This document shows positions 1 through 10,600 of a DNA stretch of 50,196 nucleotides, piece by piece (the stretch's first letter is position 1; every line of letters begins with the position of its first letter). The DNA lies in contig CAXGWX010000003.1 in NCBI GenBank assembly GCA_964013445.1, positions 1 through 50,196 of the forward strand, written 5' to 3'. Position numbers and translations under genes: made by a program. The notes below the pieces were generated by a model, which saw only the letters and a program-made list of their open reading frames with translations, was not told the DNA's origin and did not search any database. Source of the stretch: an uncultured Bdellovibrionales bacterium. Lineage in GTDB: Bacteria > Myxococcota > XYA12-FULL-58-9 > JASMKV01.

Positions 1-1236
1 CTTTTTGCGCGGGAAACAGGCTATGATTTAGAAGAACTCGAACCCGAGTATCAGCTGGAAGCGGACCTTGGTATCGACACCGTAAAGCAGGCAGAGATCT
101 TTGCTTTATTGCGTGAAGAGTTCTCTATTCCCAGTGAAATCACTTTTGAGTTGTCGGAGGTACAGACCTTAAACGCGGTTGTTGCTTTCCTGGAAAACTC
201 TGGTGGTACGAGCGCTCAGGAACCGACAGCACCTAAGGAAAAAGAAAGTGTAGAGCCTACGCAAGAAGTGTCTCAGGCAGAGAGTGCAAGAGAAGGAGTT
301 GAGGTTCAGTCTGGCGATGCGAGCGGCTTGCTCAAGGAAATTCAAGAGATTTTTGCTGAACAGACTGGCTACGATGTTGAAGAGCTGGAACCTGACTATC
401 AGCTTGAGGCCGATCTGGGTATTGATACGGTAAAACAGGCTGAAATCTTTTCCCACATTCGTGAGCATTATGGCATTCCTGCGGATGTCACTTTTGAACT
501 CAGTGAGGTTCAGACACTTCATTTGGTGGCGAATTTTATCGGTCAACATCGAGGTGATGGGGAGCAGGTTCCGGTCGAGAAGGTTCCTCAAAGCAGTGTG
601 CTGCCAGAACCTGTAAACGAAGAAAAAGAGCCTACACCAGAAAAGTCATCAGCACTTGTCGCAGGTGAAGGACTTTTAGAGGAGATTCAAAAGCTTTTTG
701 CCGATGAGACCGGCTATGAACTTGAAGATCTGGAGCCCGAACATCAACTTGAGGCGGATTTAGGCATTGATACGGTTAAGCAAGCGGAAGTTTTTGGCAT
801 ATTGCGTCAGCGTTATGGTTTGGAGCAGGAAGAGGGTTTTGACTTAGCTTCGGTGCAAACAATCTCTGCAGTTCATGATTATCTTGTGAGCCGTATTTCA
901 GGCGCAAATAGAGCTGATGGCACCCGCGAGGAGAGCATTGAGGCCAGTCCATCAGCCGTAGAGAGTCCGGTTCGAGAAGAAGCAAGAGTCAGTTCAGCAC
1001 AGGCCGGTGACTTACTGGTTGAGATCACAACCATTTTCGCTGAGCAAACGGGCTACGATGTTGATGAACTCGAACCTGATTATGAGTTGGAAGCGGATTT
1101 GGGTATCGATACAGTTAAGCAGGCTGAGATTTTGAGCCTATTGCGTGAACGCTATGGCTTTGAACAGGATGAAAGTGTCGAGCTGGCAGATTTGCAAACC
1201 CTACATAGAGTTACAGACTATGTGGCCAAGCGCCAG
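1..1236 (+). repeat. Four tandem ACP-domain repeats separated by Glu/Ser/Pro-rich linkers
   Basis: (E/Q)TGY(D/E)xxxLEPxxxLEADLGIDTVKQAE recurs at about 13-99, 360-445, 705-790 and 1045-1130. Confidence 0.93.
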
Positions 1237-4200
1237 CAATCTCCCGAAGTAGAGGAGGAAGGGCAAAGTTTGCCGCAGAGCAGCGTCGAGCAGGAAGCAC
1301 CAAGAGCAGTCACGCAAGGAAGCATTAAGGCGGCGAAGGTCGAGTTAGAGGAATTGCCTTTGATCTTAGGTGCGGCGCGTAATTGCAGAGGGCGACGCGT
1401 CTTGCTAGTGTGCGCAGAAGGCGACACTCGTCAAATCACTCTGACACGAGCACTGGAAAGTCGTGGTGCGGATGTTCGGGTTTGTGATGATTTTCTTTCA
1501 CGCGCTCCTGCTGAATGGGAAAATGTGGTGGTTGACGCAACAGAACGTTGTGTCGATGACGTGTTTGTGCTTGTTCCCGAAAAGGATGAGTGGAGTGCGT
1601 CTAGTGTTAGTGCTCAAATCGAAGCGGTCTTCTTCTTGGCGCGGGCGCTGGCTCGTCGAGGAGATGACTTAGCGGACAAATCTTTTGCTGTTTTGGGGCG
1701 GTCTCGCGGTGTACTGTCTTCCGGGCCTCTTTCAGCTCAGGGGCTCTTTCTGAGTGGTGCATCAGGAATACTTAAGAGTATCGCTAAAGAGTGGCAGGCA
1801 AAGGTGTTGGTTTGTGATTTAGACTTCAGCTCTGCCATCGATGATGCTCTGGAGACAGGTCTCAACGAATGGCTTTCGGATGGTCCTATCGAAATAGGTT
1901 ATATCAAGGGGAAGCGTTATACGCTGAAAGATAGCCAAACCCTTTCCTTGAGTAAGGGAGCTCTAAAGAGTACTGACCTTGTTGTGGCCACGGGCGGAGC
2001 TCGAGGGGTTACTTTTAGTATACTGCATGATTTGGCGAAGCGTGGTTCTTTCCGACTTGTCGTTTTGGGCAGAACTCGTGCTATCGCTTTGAGCGAGAGC
2101 CCGCTGGCATCAATGGGCTTATCAGAACAAAAGGAACTTGCTCGTGCAAGTTTGCTTTCTGCGGGGGAAAAAGCAACGCCGGTAAATATTAGGCGATGGC
2201 TTGAAAAAGAAGAGCAGCGACTCGAGGTTTCGAAAAACTTAGATCTACTTCGAGGTTTGGGTTGCGAAGTTGAAACCGCAATATGTGATGTTTCTAAGCG
2301 TGGTGATGTTCAGGATACGGTATCGACTATTTCTAATCGCTATGGTCGTGTTGATTTACTCTTGCACGGTGCCGGCTTAGAGGAATCTAAATTTATTCAG
2401 GATAAGGACGACAGCGCTTTTGCTCGCGTGTTTGCTCCCAAAGCACAGGCGGCGCTTTTGCTATGGGAAGAATTACAGCCACGAAGAATGGTTTGTATGG
2501 GCTCGGTTGCAGGGCGTTACGGTAATGCGGCGCAAGCTGATTATGCGGCCGCCAATAATGTAATGTCCTCCTTGGCGGGAAGCGAAGAGAATAATGTGTT
2601 GAATATTGCCTGGACTGCTTGGGGTGGGGTGGGAATGGCTACACGTGGCTCTATCAAAAAAGTCCTCGAGGATGCGGGGGTTGAATTGTTGCCCCTGGAA
2701 ATAGGCTCAAGTATTGGTGCGGATTTGCTCGCGAGCGATGTTAAGGGCGAGGTTGTTGTTGCTGGAGAGCTTGGTTCTTTCGCACCTAGCGATGACGGCG
2801 GCGGCCAAAAAGGGTCGACCGGAGCTTCGGGCCAATTTTTTGAGCGCATTGGTGCGGAGGCAGGTAAAACCGTTTATTGCCGTCGCTTCGATGTTCATCA
2901 GGATCCTGGCTTAGATCACCACCGGATCAACGGAGTGCCTGTTTTGCCGGGAGTGCTTGGGATTGAATTGATGGTGCAGGCGGCCAGAGAACACTTTGGC
3001 CAGGACATCCCGGAATTGTCCGATATAAAGTTTAGTTCACCGTTAAAAATGTTTAGAGATGAGCCTGTAGATGTAGAGGTTGAGATTGCTTGGGAGGAGA
3101 GTCAGGTCGTGGCCCGTCTCATTTCTCTTTTTAAGGGGCCGAAGAAATTGCTGCGCAAAGAGCATTTTAGCGCACTTATTCATCTTGAAAGCACAAATGA
3201 CGAGCCAAGAGTGAAGCCATCATTCACGCAAAAGGAGTTTTCAGAAATCACGATTAAGCAAGCCTATGAGAGATATTTCCACGGGCCTCGCTTTAAGGTT
3301 ATGCAGGACCTTATCTCCTGGGATGGCAATGGATTGGTGAGCGCCTTGGCTCATGATCGACCGATTTGGATGCATAAGACCTCGCATACGGAATTCTCTT
3401 CTGCTCCTTTCATGCGTGAAGGTGCGTTCCAGACTGCCGGTCTGTGGGAAATGGTGCACTATGACCGTATGGCACTGCCCTTTGGAGTTAAGCGGGTTAT
3501 GTTTTTTCCTAATAACGCAGCGGAGGGCCCAGTTTACTCTTTCATCGCGAAGACAGGGGAAACGGAAAACGGGTTAATATTTGACTTGTGGTCAATCGAT
3601 GGAAGTGGACGAATTGTTGATTATATGGAGGGCTACGAGACAGTCAGGCTACGTGATTTTGCCGCCGCCGAATGTTTTGACCGACCGAGTCGGGAACCCG
3701 GGACCGATTTGCATGTCTGGCAAAGTATCCAAATTTCGGAAGCGCAAGAATTGCAGGAAAAAGGTGAAGACGAGTTGTCGAAGTTCCTTAGTTCAGGGGA
3801 AAGAGAAGTTTTTTCTGGTTTTACGAAGGACAAGCGTCGGGATGAGTGGTTGGCTGGGCGCATCGCATTAAAGCGTCTGCTTCGCGAAATATCCTTTAGC
3901 CAGAAGGGTGTTATTCTACCCTATACAGATATTGTGATTTATAACGATGCGGCTGGTACCCCTCATTTGGATGTTGTTGGCAGACCGGAACTAAATAGCG
4001 CAAGCGTCTCTATTTCTCATCGCATGGACATGGCAACAGCATCTTGTATTCTGGCGCCTGGACATAGGGTCGGCATCGATGTCGAGTTTATTGAAGAAAA
4101 GCAGAGCGCCTTTCTAAATACCTATTTTACCGCTGCAGAACAGGCTCTTTTCGACGAATCGGATAATTTGTCTTATCTTGTTAATGCATCCTGGGCGGTT

Positions 4201-4410
4201 AAGGAAGCATGTTTGAAAGCACTTGGCATTGGCGCTACAATAGATTTTAGACATATTGAGGTTCGACATCTGGGTGGTACTTGGTGGGTTGAATTTCATG
4301 GGGATGCCCGGGATAAGGCGGAGCGCCTTGGGGTGACAAAGGTAGACGCGTTGGTTGAGCAAAAAGATAATTATGTGATTGCACGTATTACACTGAACGT
4401 AAGTGAATAG
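1..4410 (+). CDS. Pfa-like iterative type I PKS/PUFA-synthase subunit, 5'-truncated: (>=4x ACP)-KR-DH(double hotdog)-4'-phosphopantetheinyl transferase
   Basis: Frame is open from base 1 (LFARETGYDLEELEPEYQLEADLGIDTVKQAE), so 109 is not the real start. Four ACP repeats; KR motifs VVATGGARGVT (~1981) and YGNAAQADYAAAN (~2520); DH motif DHHRINGVPVLPG (~2915) and FHGPRF; C-terminal Sfp-type motifs WLAGRIALK, SISH, GIDVE, WAVKEACLKALG. Confidence 0.9.
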   Translation, partial: LFARETGYDLEELEPEYQLEADLGIDTVKQAEIFALLREEFSIPSEITFELSEVQTLNAVVAFLENSGGTSAQEPTAPKEKESVEPTQEVSQAESAREGVEVQSGDASGLLKEIQEIFAEQTGYDVEELEPDYQLEADLGIDTVKQAEIFSHIREHYGIPADVTFELSEVQTLHLVANFIGQHRGDGEQVPVEKVPQSSVLPEPVNEEKEPTPEKSSALVAGEGLLEEIQKLFADETGYELEDLEPEHQLEADLGIDTVKQAEVFGILRQRYGLEQEEGFDLASVQTISAVHDYLVSRISGANRADGTREESIEASPSAVESPVREEARVSSAQAGDLLVEITTIFAEQTGYDVDELEPDYELEADLGIDTVKQAEILSLLRERYGFEQDESVELADLQTLHRVTDYVAKRQQSPEVEEEGQSLPQSSVEQEAPRAVTQGSIKAAKVELEELPLILGAARNCRGRRVLLVCAEGDTRQITLTRALESRGADVRVCDDFLSRAPAEWENVVVDATERCVDDVFVLVPEKDEWSASSVSAQIEAVFFLARALARRGDDLADKSFAVLGRSRGVLSSGPLSAQGLFLSGASGILKSIAKEWQAKVLVCDLDFSSAIDDALETGLNEWLSDGPIEIGYIKGKRYTLKDSQTLSLSKGALKSTDLVVATGGARGVTFSILHDLAKRGSFRLVVLGRTRAIALSESPLASMGLSEQKELARASLLSAGEKATPVNIRRWLEKEEQRLEVSKNLDLLRGLGCEVETAICDVSKRGDVQDTVSTISNRYGRVDLLLHGAGLEESKFIQDKDDSAFARVFAPKAQAALLLWEELQPRRMVCMGSVAGRYGNAAQADYAAANNVMSSLAGSEENNVLNIAWTAWGGVGMATRGSIKKVLEDAGVELLPLEIGSSIGADLLASDVKGEVVVAGELGSFAPSDDGGGQKGSTGASGQFFERIGAEAGKTVYCRRFDVHQDPGLDHHRINGVPVLPGVLGIELMVQAAREHFGQDIPELSDIKFSSPLKMFRDEPVDVEVEIAWEESQVVARLISLFKGPKKLLRKEHFSALIHLESTNDEPRVKPSFTQKEFSEITIKQAYERYFHGPRFKVMQDLISWDGNGLVSALAHDRPIWMHKTSHTEFSSAPFMREGAFQTAGLWEMVHYDRMALPFGVKRVMFFPNNAAEGPVYSFIAKTGETENGLIFDLWSIDGSGRIVDYMEGYETVRLRDFAAAECFDRPSREPGTDLHVWQSIQISEAQELQEKGEDELSKFLSSGEREVFSGFTKDKRRDEWLAGRIALKRLLREISFSQKGVILPYTDIVIYNDAAGTPHLDVVGRPELNSASVSISHRMDMATASCILAPGHRVGIDVEFIEEKQSAFLNTYFTAAEQALFDESDNLSYLVNASWAVKEACLKALGIGATIDFRHIEVRHLGGTWWVEFHGDARDKAERLGVTKVDALVEQKDNYVIARITLNVSE

Positions 4411-4452
4411 GCTGTTACTGAAAGATAGATGAAGTGAGAGTGGGTTAAAGCT

Positions 4453-5010
4453 ATGGCAATTGAAATGGAGTTGGCGGCACCATCCTTATTGATAGCGGTT
4501 CCGCAATTAGGAGACCCCAATTTTAAGAAAGGCGTCATTTTAGTTATCGATCATGGCGATGAAGGAACGATGGGGCTTCTTATCAACAGGTTTGTTGATC
4601 TTGATATCGGGGAATTCTTTGCCGGACACGATATTCATTTTGGCGGCGATCATGCGTTGCAGGTCTGCCAAGGAGGACCGGTAGAGCCAGAACGAGCATT
4701 TATCCTGCACAGCTCTTTGCATGAGGGGCCTGAAACGGAATCGGTTTTGGGTGATGTGCGTTTGAGTTATTCTCTAGAGTCATTGGAACTGCTTGCAGAG
4801 GACCCACCGGAACGTTTACGCTTTTATTTGGGCTATGCGGGATGGGGTCCAGGGCAGCTGGCAGAAGAAGTAACAAGTGGGGCATGGCTTGTTGCCGAGG
4901 CCAACGAAAATTTGCTTTTTGATACGCCTGTTGATGATATTTGGGAGCACGCCCTGAATGAACTCGGAATTGATCCTATGCAGTTGATGTTTAGTGGGTC
5001 GATTCACTAG
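4453..5010 (+). CDS. YqgE/AlgH family protein (DUF179)
   Basis: LLIAVPQLGDPNF, GGPVE, GYAGWGPGQLAEEV..GAW family motifs. Confidence 0.92.
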   Translation: MAIEMELAAPSLLIAVPQLGDPNFKKGVILVIDHGDEGTMGLLINRFVDLDIGEFFAGHDIHFGGDHALQVCQGGPVEPERAFILHSSLHEGPETESVLGDVRLSYSLESLELLAEDPPERLRFYLGYAGWGPGQLAEEVTSGAWLVAEANENLLFDTPVDDIWEHALNELGIDPMQLMFSGSIH

Positions 5011-5017
5011 TTGTGCG

Positions 5018-5404
5018 TTAGTTTTCAGGCTTTCCCCGATACCCGCCGATAGTTTTTTTGATTGGTTCTCTTCGTGTGACGACGGTGATATTCTGATTTT
5101 GTCGTTTCACAGCCATAACAATTTGCGAGTCCTTCTTGCCCCGAATTAAGAGAATGACTTCCGCAAGTCCAAGGCCTTTTGTTGTTTTTCCGTCAATTGA
5201 TTCGATAACGTCTCCTTTTAGAACTTTGGCCATTTCTGCAGGGCTGTTTTTGTGGACAAATTTTACAACCGGTTTGTTCCGATGTATTTCTATCTCAATG
5301 CCTACACCATAATACTTTTCAGGAAACGGTTGCACTTCCGTGGTCTCTGCGCAAGAGGAGAGCCAAAGCGCAGGTGTAAGAAGAATAGCCAGAAGCACTT
5401 TCAT
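5018..5404 (-). CDS. Small PDZ-domain lipoprotein (CtpA/Prc-like PDZ, no protease domain)
   Basis: Lipobox-like LSSC after a hydrophobic N-terminus; YYGVGIEI and SPAEMAKVLKGDVIESIDG PDZ signature; 4-bp overlap with the upstream aminotransferase. Confidence 0.8.
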   Translation of the reverse strand: MKVLLAILLTPALWLSSCAETTEVQPFPEKYYGVGIEIEIHRNKPVVKFVHKNSPAEMAKVLKGDVIESIDGKTTKGLGLAEVILLIRGKKDSQIVMAVKRQNQNITVVTRREPIKKTIGGYRGKPEN

Positions 5405-6582
5405 GTTTCAACACGCTTTAAAAGGAGTTGAATTCTGGAAACGGCTTCCTCAATATCTTTCTCCGAGGTGGCAAAGGACATTCTGATAAATCCGTTGGCG
5501 CCAAAGCCTTCTCCTGCAACGCAGGCGACCAGACCTTCTTCTAAAAAATGCTCACATAGTTTTAAGGTATTGCCGTATTGCTTACCCAGATAATGGCTAA
5601 AGTCAGGGAAGATATAAAATGCCCCTTGGGGTTTGACCGCTGCAATGCCGGGCAAATCGTTTAAGGCGGAATATATAAAGTCACGCCGTTTTGCGAAGTG
5701 CGCGTGCATTTCATCTACAGGAGCTTGAGAACCCAGGAGAGCCGCACCAGCAGCTGCTTGGGCTATCGAACAAATTCCAGAGGTCGAAGCTCCTTGAATT
5801 CTACTCATGGCTTCAACCAAATCAGCTGGGCCTATAAGAAAGCCAACCCGCCAACCTGTCATGGCATAGGTTTTAGAAACGCCGTTTATCAGCAGTGTGC
5901 GATGGCGCAGACTGGGGGCATCGTGAAACAAACACCTAAAGTCGCTGTCATAGATGAGTCCGTGATAGATATCGTCGGAAACGATATAACAATCAGGATA
6001 CTGCTCCAAAAGGACAGCAAGTTGCTGATAAAAGCTCGTCGGATAAACTGTTCCCGTCGGATTGTTTGGGCTATTAAGAAACAGTAATTTGGTTTTACTT
6101 GAGAGTGTCTTCTCAATGTCTTGAATATCCGGGATAAAGTTATTCTCTGCCGTGGATTCTACAATTTTTGTCTCAGCGTTTTGTAGATGAATCATATCAG
6201 GATAACTCACCCAATAGGGTGAGATAACCACAGCTTCGTCACCGGGTTCCAGAAGGGCGTGACACAAATTAAAAAGGGCGTGTTTGGCGCCAGCACAAAC
6301 CATGATCTGGTTTGTCTCGAAAGAGTGTCCATAAATTTCAGAAAAGAAGCTGCTGATTGCCTCTTTGAGCGCCGGTGTGCCACTGACTGGAGTATATTTG
6401 GTTTTGCCGGAATTGAGGGCTTCGCGGGCCGCTTCTTTGATATATTCGGGGGTGTCGAAATCAGGTTCACCGGCGGCCAGAGATATTACATCTTTACCGG
6501 AAGCTTTGAGCGCTTTTGCGCGCGCGGACATAGCCAACGTGGCAGATGGCTTTACTTTGCTCAGGCGATTGGCAATGTTCAT
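5401..6582 (-). CDS. aspC: PLP-dependent class I/II aminotransferase (aspartate aminotransferase-like)
   Basis: GEPDF, NSPNNPTG, SDDIY, SKTYAMTGWRVG (PLP lysine), IRMSFA. Confidence 0.88.
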   Translation of the reverse strand: MNIANRLSKVKPSATLAMSARAKALKASGKDVISLAAGEPDFDTPEYIKEAAREALNSGKTKYTPVSGTPALKEAISSFFSEIYGHSFETNQIMVCAGAKHALFNLCHALLEPGDEAVVISPYWVSYPDMIHLQNAETKIVESTAENNFIPDIQDIEKTLSSKTKLLFLNSPNNPTGTVYPTSFYQQLAVLLEQYPDCYIVSDDIYHGLIYDSDFRCLFHDAPSLRHRTLLINGVSKTYAMTGWRVGFLIGPADLVEAMSRIQGASTSGICSIAQAAAGAALLGSQAPVDEMHAHFAKRRDFIYSALNDLPGIAAVKPQGAFYIFPDFSHYLGKQYGNTLKLCEHFLEEGLVACVAGEGFGANGFIRMSFATSEKDIEEAVSRIQLLLKRVET

Positions 6583-7064
6583 GAGGAGTATTTGTCCTTA
6601 AGGGCTAATTCAACATGCGGTGGGACCAGTCCAGATAGATTGCCGTCGAACCTGGCAATCTCGCGCACCAGGTTGCTCGAGACGTAGAAGTGTTCTTCAC
6701 CAGTCATCATAAAAATTGTTTCGCAATCCCCATAAAGTCTTTTGTTCATATGAGCCATCTGAAATTCATATTCGAAATCAGAAATTGCCCTTAAGCCTCG
6801 GACCACCATGTGCGCTGCCTGGTCTTTGACAAAGTCCATAAGAAGTCCATCAAAAGCATCTACACTCACTCTGTCTCTATGTGCTTCCGGTATGCTTTGG
6901 GAAATGAGATCAATTCTCTCTTCAACACTAAAGAGGGAGGTTTTTTTCACGTTGTGCGCGATGGCAATAATCAATCGGTCAGCTATGTGCAGAGAGCGCT
7001 CAACCAGATTTAAATGTCCATTGGTTATAGGGTCAAAAGAACCGGGGTAAATGGCCAATCTCAT
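6579..7064 (-). CDS. coaD: Pantetheine-phosphate adenylyltransferase
   Basis: AIYPGSFDPITNGH, VRGLRAISDFEYEFQMA, VSSNLVRE. Confidence 0.97.
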   Translation of the reverse strand: MRLAIYPGSFDPITNGHLNLVERSLHIADRLIIAIAHNVKKTSLFSVEERIDLISQSIPEAHRDRVSVDAFDGLLMDFVKDQAAHMVVRGLRAISDFEYEFQMAHMNKRLYGDCETIFMMTGEEHFYVSSNLVREIARFDGNLSGLVPPHVELALKDKYSS

Positions 7065-7076
7065 GAGCGTCTCCTT

Positions 7077-7622
7077 CTAGCGCATAAAGAAACTTAACGC
7101 GGTATCGCCGAAGATGCGAGAATCTTTCTTCTCCAGACCAAAACACTGATTTTCAACGGTTTTTTTACTTGAATGCTCATAAATTAGGATACCTTCGGGA
7201 TTTAAGAGCGGGTTTTCTTTCAGCCAAAGAGAAACTTGCGTGGCTTGTTCACCCTCATAGGGTGGATCGACAAAGATAATATCAAAAGAAAGGGATTCGC
7301 GAGACAGGATCTTCAACGTTTTGACCGCCTCGTTGCTGTATAAAGTAAAGCTCGCATTGGGAACCAACTCTAGATTTTTTCTTAAAGCCCTCAGAGCGAC
7401 TTTGTCTTTTTCGACAAAACAACAATGTGCTGCATCTCGTGACAAGGCCTCAAGGCCGAGAGCACCGGTACCGGCGAAGAGGTCCAATATTTTTGCATGA
7501 GTGACTTGCGCACCGAGAATCGAGAAGAGGGATTCCCGGATTCGATCTGAAGTCGGACGGGTTCTGTTAGAGTTTGGCGTAGCCAAGCGATGTCCTTTTA
7601 ACTTACCTGAAATGATTCGCAC
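7077..7622 (-). CDS. rsmD: 16S rRNA (guanine(966)-N2)-methyltransferase
   Basis: MRIISG..KG, TRPTSDRIRESLF, LDLFAGTGALGLEALSR, DPPY; conserved rsmD-coaD order. Confidence 0.95.
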   Translation of the reverse strand: MRIISGKLKGHRLATPNSNRTRPTSDRIRESLFSILGAQVTHAKILDLFAGTGALGLEALSRDAAHCCFVEKDKVALRALRKNLELVPNASFTLYSNEAVKTLKILSRESLSFDIIFVDPPYEGEQATQVSLWLKENPLLNPEGILIYEHSSKKTVENQCFGLEKKDSRIFGDTALSFFMR

Positions 7623-7654
7623 ATGAATTGTTTAACGAAGGTTTGACTAAAGGT

Positions 7655-10600
7655 CTACTCGTTTTCATTGAGCTCTTCGAGTGCATTGTTCAGATGATTG
7701 GGGTTGACGTTTCCTTCAAATTCAAGAGTCGCGTCAAAATCGAGGGAAGTTTTGCTGGTTGCTGCAATATTGCCGAGCCCGTCTGTCTTAAGTCCAACAA
7801 TCATGCGAAAATCACTTCGATCATATGTGGCATTGCTAAGATGCAATTTGCCGAGTTCACTACGATGCTTGAGCTCATTGACATTTCCAGGCTCGAGTAG
7901 AGCCCCCTCCAGGCGGAGTGTACCAGCGGTTAAAAGGGAGTCTTCCAGATCTGCAAAATTGGCGGAAAAGTTGTCGAGATCAACAGCGACCCGGGTCCCT
8001 GGCTGGATAGTAATTTTTTTAGGCACGATTGAAGCGTCATCCGGATCAGTTGCCGGTGCAGAAGTTGTGATATGGCCAGAATCAAGCGTTCCCAAAACTT
8101 GAAAATCCCGGGCAGCAAATTGTACATTTTTTTCGGCATCCACACTGAAGTTCTCCAGCGACATTTCTATTTCTGCTTGCGGTGCTAAATCCAAAGCGAT
8201 TTCCGGCCCGATAATTCCAAAGGCCACATCATTGGCAATGGCGCGGCCCTGCATGGTGGCTTCGCCAGGCACCGTTGACTTGATGCTCCAGTTTTCGCCC
8301 TCAACGTTAATAAGTGCGGAACCAGAAACATCAACTTGCTGAAAATTAAGGACATAATTTGCGTTCTCAATATCGCCAGCAAGCGATTTGTCGATAATCG
8401 GTGGAGAAACAATCGATGCGGATAGCTCAGAGAACACAGAGTCCTCAATGTTCACACGACCCGTACTGTCCAGTTCCAGGTTTCCCTTAAGATGAGCATG
8501 ATGGACCGCGATAAGGGTTTGTGTGTCGTGGCTGTCTAAGACTGGTGGCGCAACAACGCCGGCAAACTCTCCCTCTATTTGTGGAAGTTTCAAATTAAAG
8601 GTGTCTTCTTCGCTGCCTCCTGTTTGAATAACTAAAGATGCATTTTGTACTCTTGCATTTTTGATATCGATTTTACCGCTTGGTACTTGGCCGCGAAGGT
8701 TCAAATCAGTGGTTGTTATATTGCTCAATTCCAATTCGATTGTGGGCGATGCCCCCGCCCGGCCGGCCTTGACCCTAATTTTAACATCGATGGTACTTTC
8801 CCCAAGATTGACACCCATTTCTTCTTTACCAAGTTGCAAGGAGGAGATGTTGGCTTTGCCCTCAATGGTGAAATCGTCGAGGTCGCCGTGGAGTGCAAGT
8901 TGGCTGTCTGGGGCAAACGAGATAAATTGCCCATCACCAAGGTTTAAGGTCGTTGGTTTTAATTCTGTATTTTCGACTGTGAGCTGGGCACTGGCGAGAT
9001 CAACGATTTGTGCAAGGTTGTTCGATGAACTTGTGCTGGTGCGTACGGATGAAGTTGTGTTGGCAGATGTACTCGATGCAGGAGTGCTACTTGCCCGATT
9101 GCTTGAAGCGCCCCCTTCTGGTGAACTGTTGCGTGACGGCAGCGAGCTGTCCACAAGATCCTGGGAGTTAATTTGTATCGGTTCACGAAGATCTGGGATT
9201 TGAGCACTGAGCAACTCAAGTAATTCTCCTTCATCGAGAGGAATTGTTTTTCTGCCGAAAACAGCACTTGTTAGCTCATCATTGACTCTGTCACGGATCA
9301 TATCTTTGATAAAGCTGTCGTCACTGTCGACATAATCAATGATATTCGCAATGCCTAATGCGCCGCTCATTTCCAGCTCATAGATCGGCTCCAGGTAGCC
9401 TTTACCAGTTTTCGGGTCTCTACGAATGACGAGTGATGAAATGGTGGCGGTTACATCCGCGCTGGTGGAAAGTGGTCCGTAACCGTATGCGGTTAAATCG
9501 ATGTCGAGTTTTAGAGCGGGGGATACATTGAGTCTTGAAACGTTTGGAGCGACTTTACCGTTGACCACATGCAATGCGGTGCTCATTTGTCCGGAAGGGA
9601 CAATAAGGTCAACTCTGGCGGTATAACCGACTTTATCGCTTCCCAAAATCCCTAAGTCTTCGAGGTGGGTATTGTTCTCGTTGGCGATGTTAAAGCTGGT
9701 TCTGTTTAATGGACATGTCAGCCTAATCTGAGCTTTTTCGAGTTCGGTGAAAATGTCCATAGGCTGAATTGCAAAATCAGGGAGATTGGTCGGAACATAG
9801 GACGTGGATAGTTCAGAAGTAGAGAGGTTTTCGGGACCAGGCATAAGTAGGCTATCATCGACAGGCAGCAGGGCCATCGTTCCTACTTCGGGAATTGGTT
9901 CATTGGGCAATTCTATTTCAGGTAGTGTCCCTGCATTGCCTGTGCCACGCTCGAAATCAGTTCGCAGAAATAGGCCTTTTAGATTGATGTCGACCTGGGA
10001 GTTTAGGGTGCCGTCGCCAAGAAGCTGTACGTCCATGAGGAGGGAGGTTTGCCCTGTTTCGGCATCAATATTTACCCGGGCGCCTTCCAGCCCAGGAATA
10101 TTTTCGATGTCGAGAAGAGCATCTGCTCCGAGTTTCAGTTCGAGGGTGGCGTCGATTGATGGTGAAGGATCACCTTCAGCCCAAGCCATGTTGTGAACTT
10201 TAAGTGTGCCTTGGGTTCCCGGTTTTAATTCAAGTCCAGGAACATCTTCAGCTTTAAAGCTCAAGGCGTCAAGGGTAACAGCAAATTCCGCATCACCTTC
10301 AAATTGAGGTTTTTGTCCCTCATTCAGGTTAAAGGTATCGAGTCGAAGTACACCATGAGTGTCAGTCGATAAGTCGAGCGCAAGCTTCGTTCGTTCCGGA
10401 TCTCCGTTGAAGGTGGCATCGTCAACATCGATTTGAAAGGTCCATGGATTATCATCATCAGCATCAAGGTTTAGCGAGCTTACGCCGCCTGAAGAATGTA
10501 AGCCAATGGCGCCAGAACCGCTAATAAGGGCTTCATTTAAGCTTAGGTTAAAATGGTCACTTTCAACGAGTTCAACCACACTTTCTTCATTGGCTCCGTT

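Noticed and set aside
109-111. Listed start of the 1433-aa ORF
   Set aside because: It is a TTG inside an ACP domain; the frame is open from base 1, so the gene starts outside the window.
1-1236. Regularly spaced DNA repeats as a possible CRISPR or other non-coding array
   Set aside because: They are degenerate at third codon positions and correspond to protein ACP repeats spaced about 345 bp apart.
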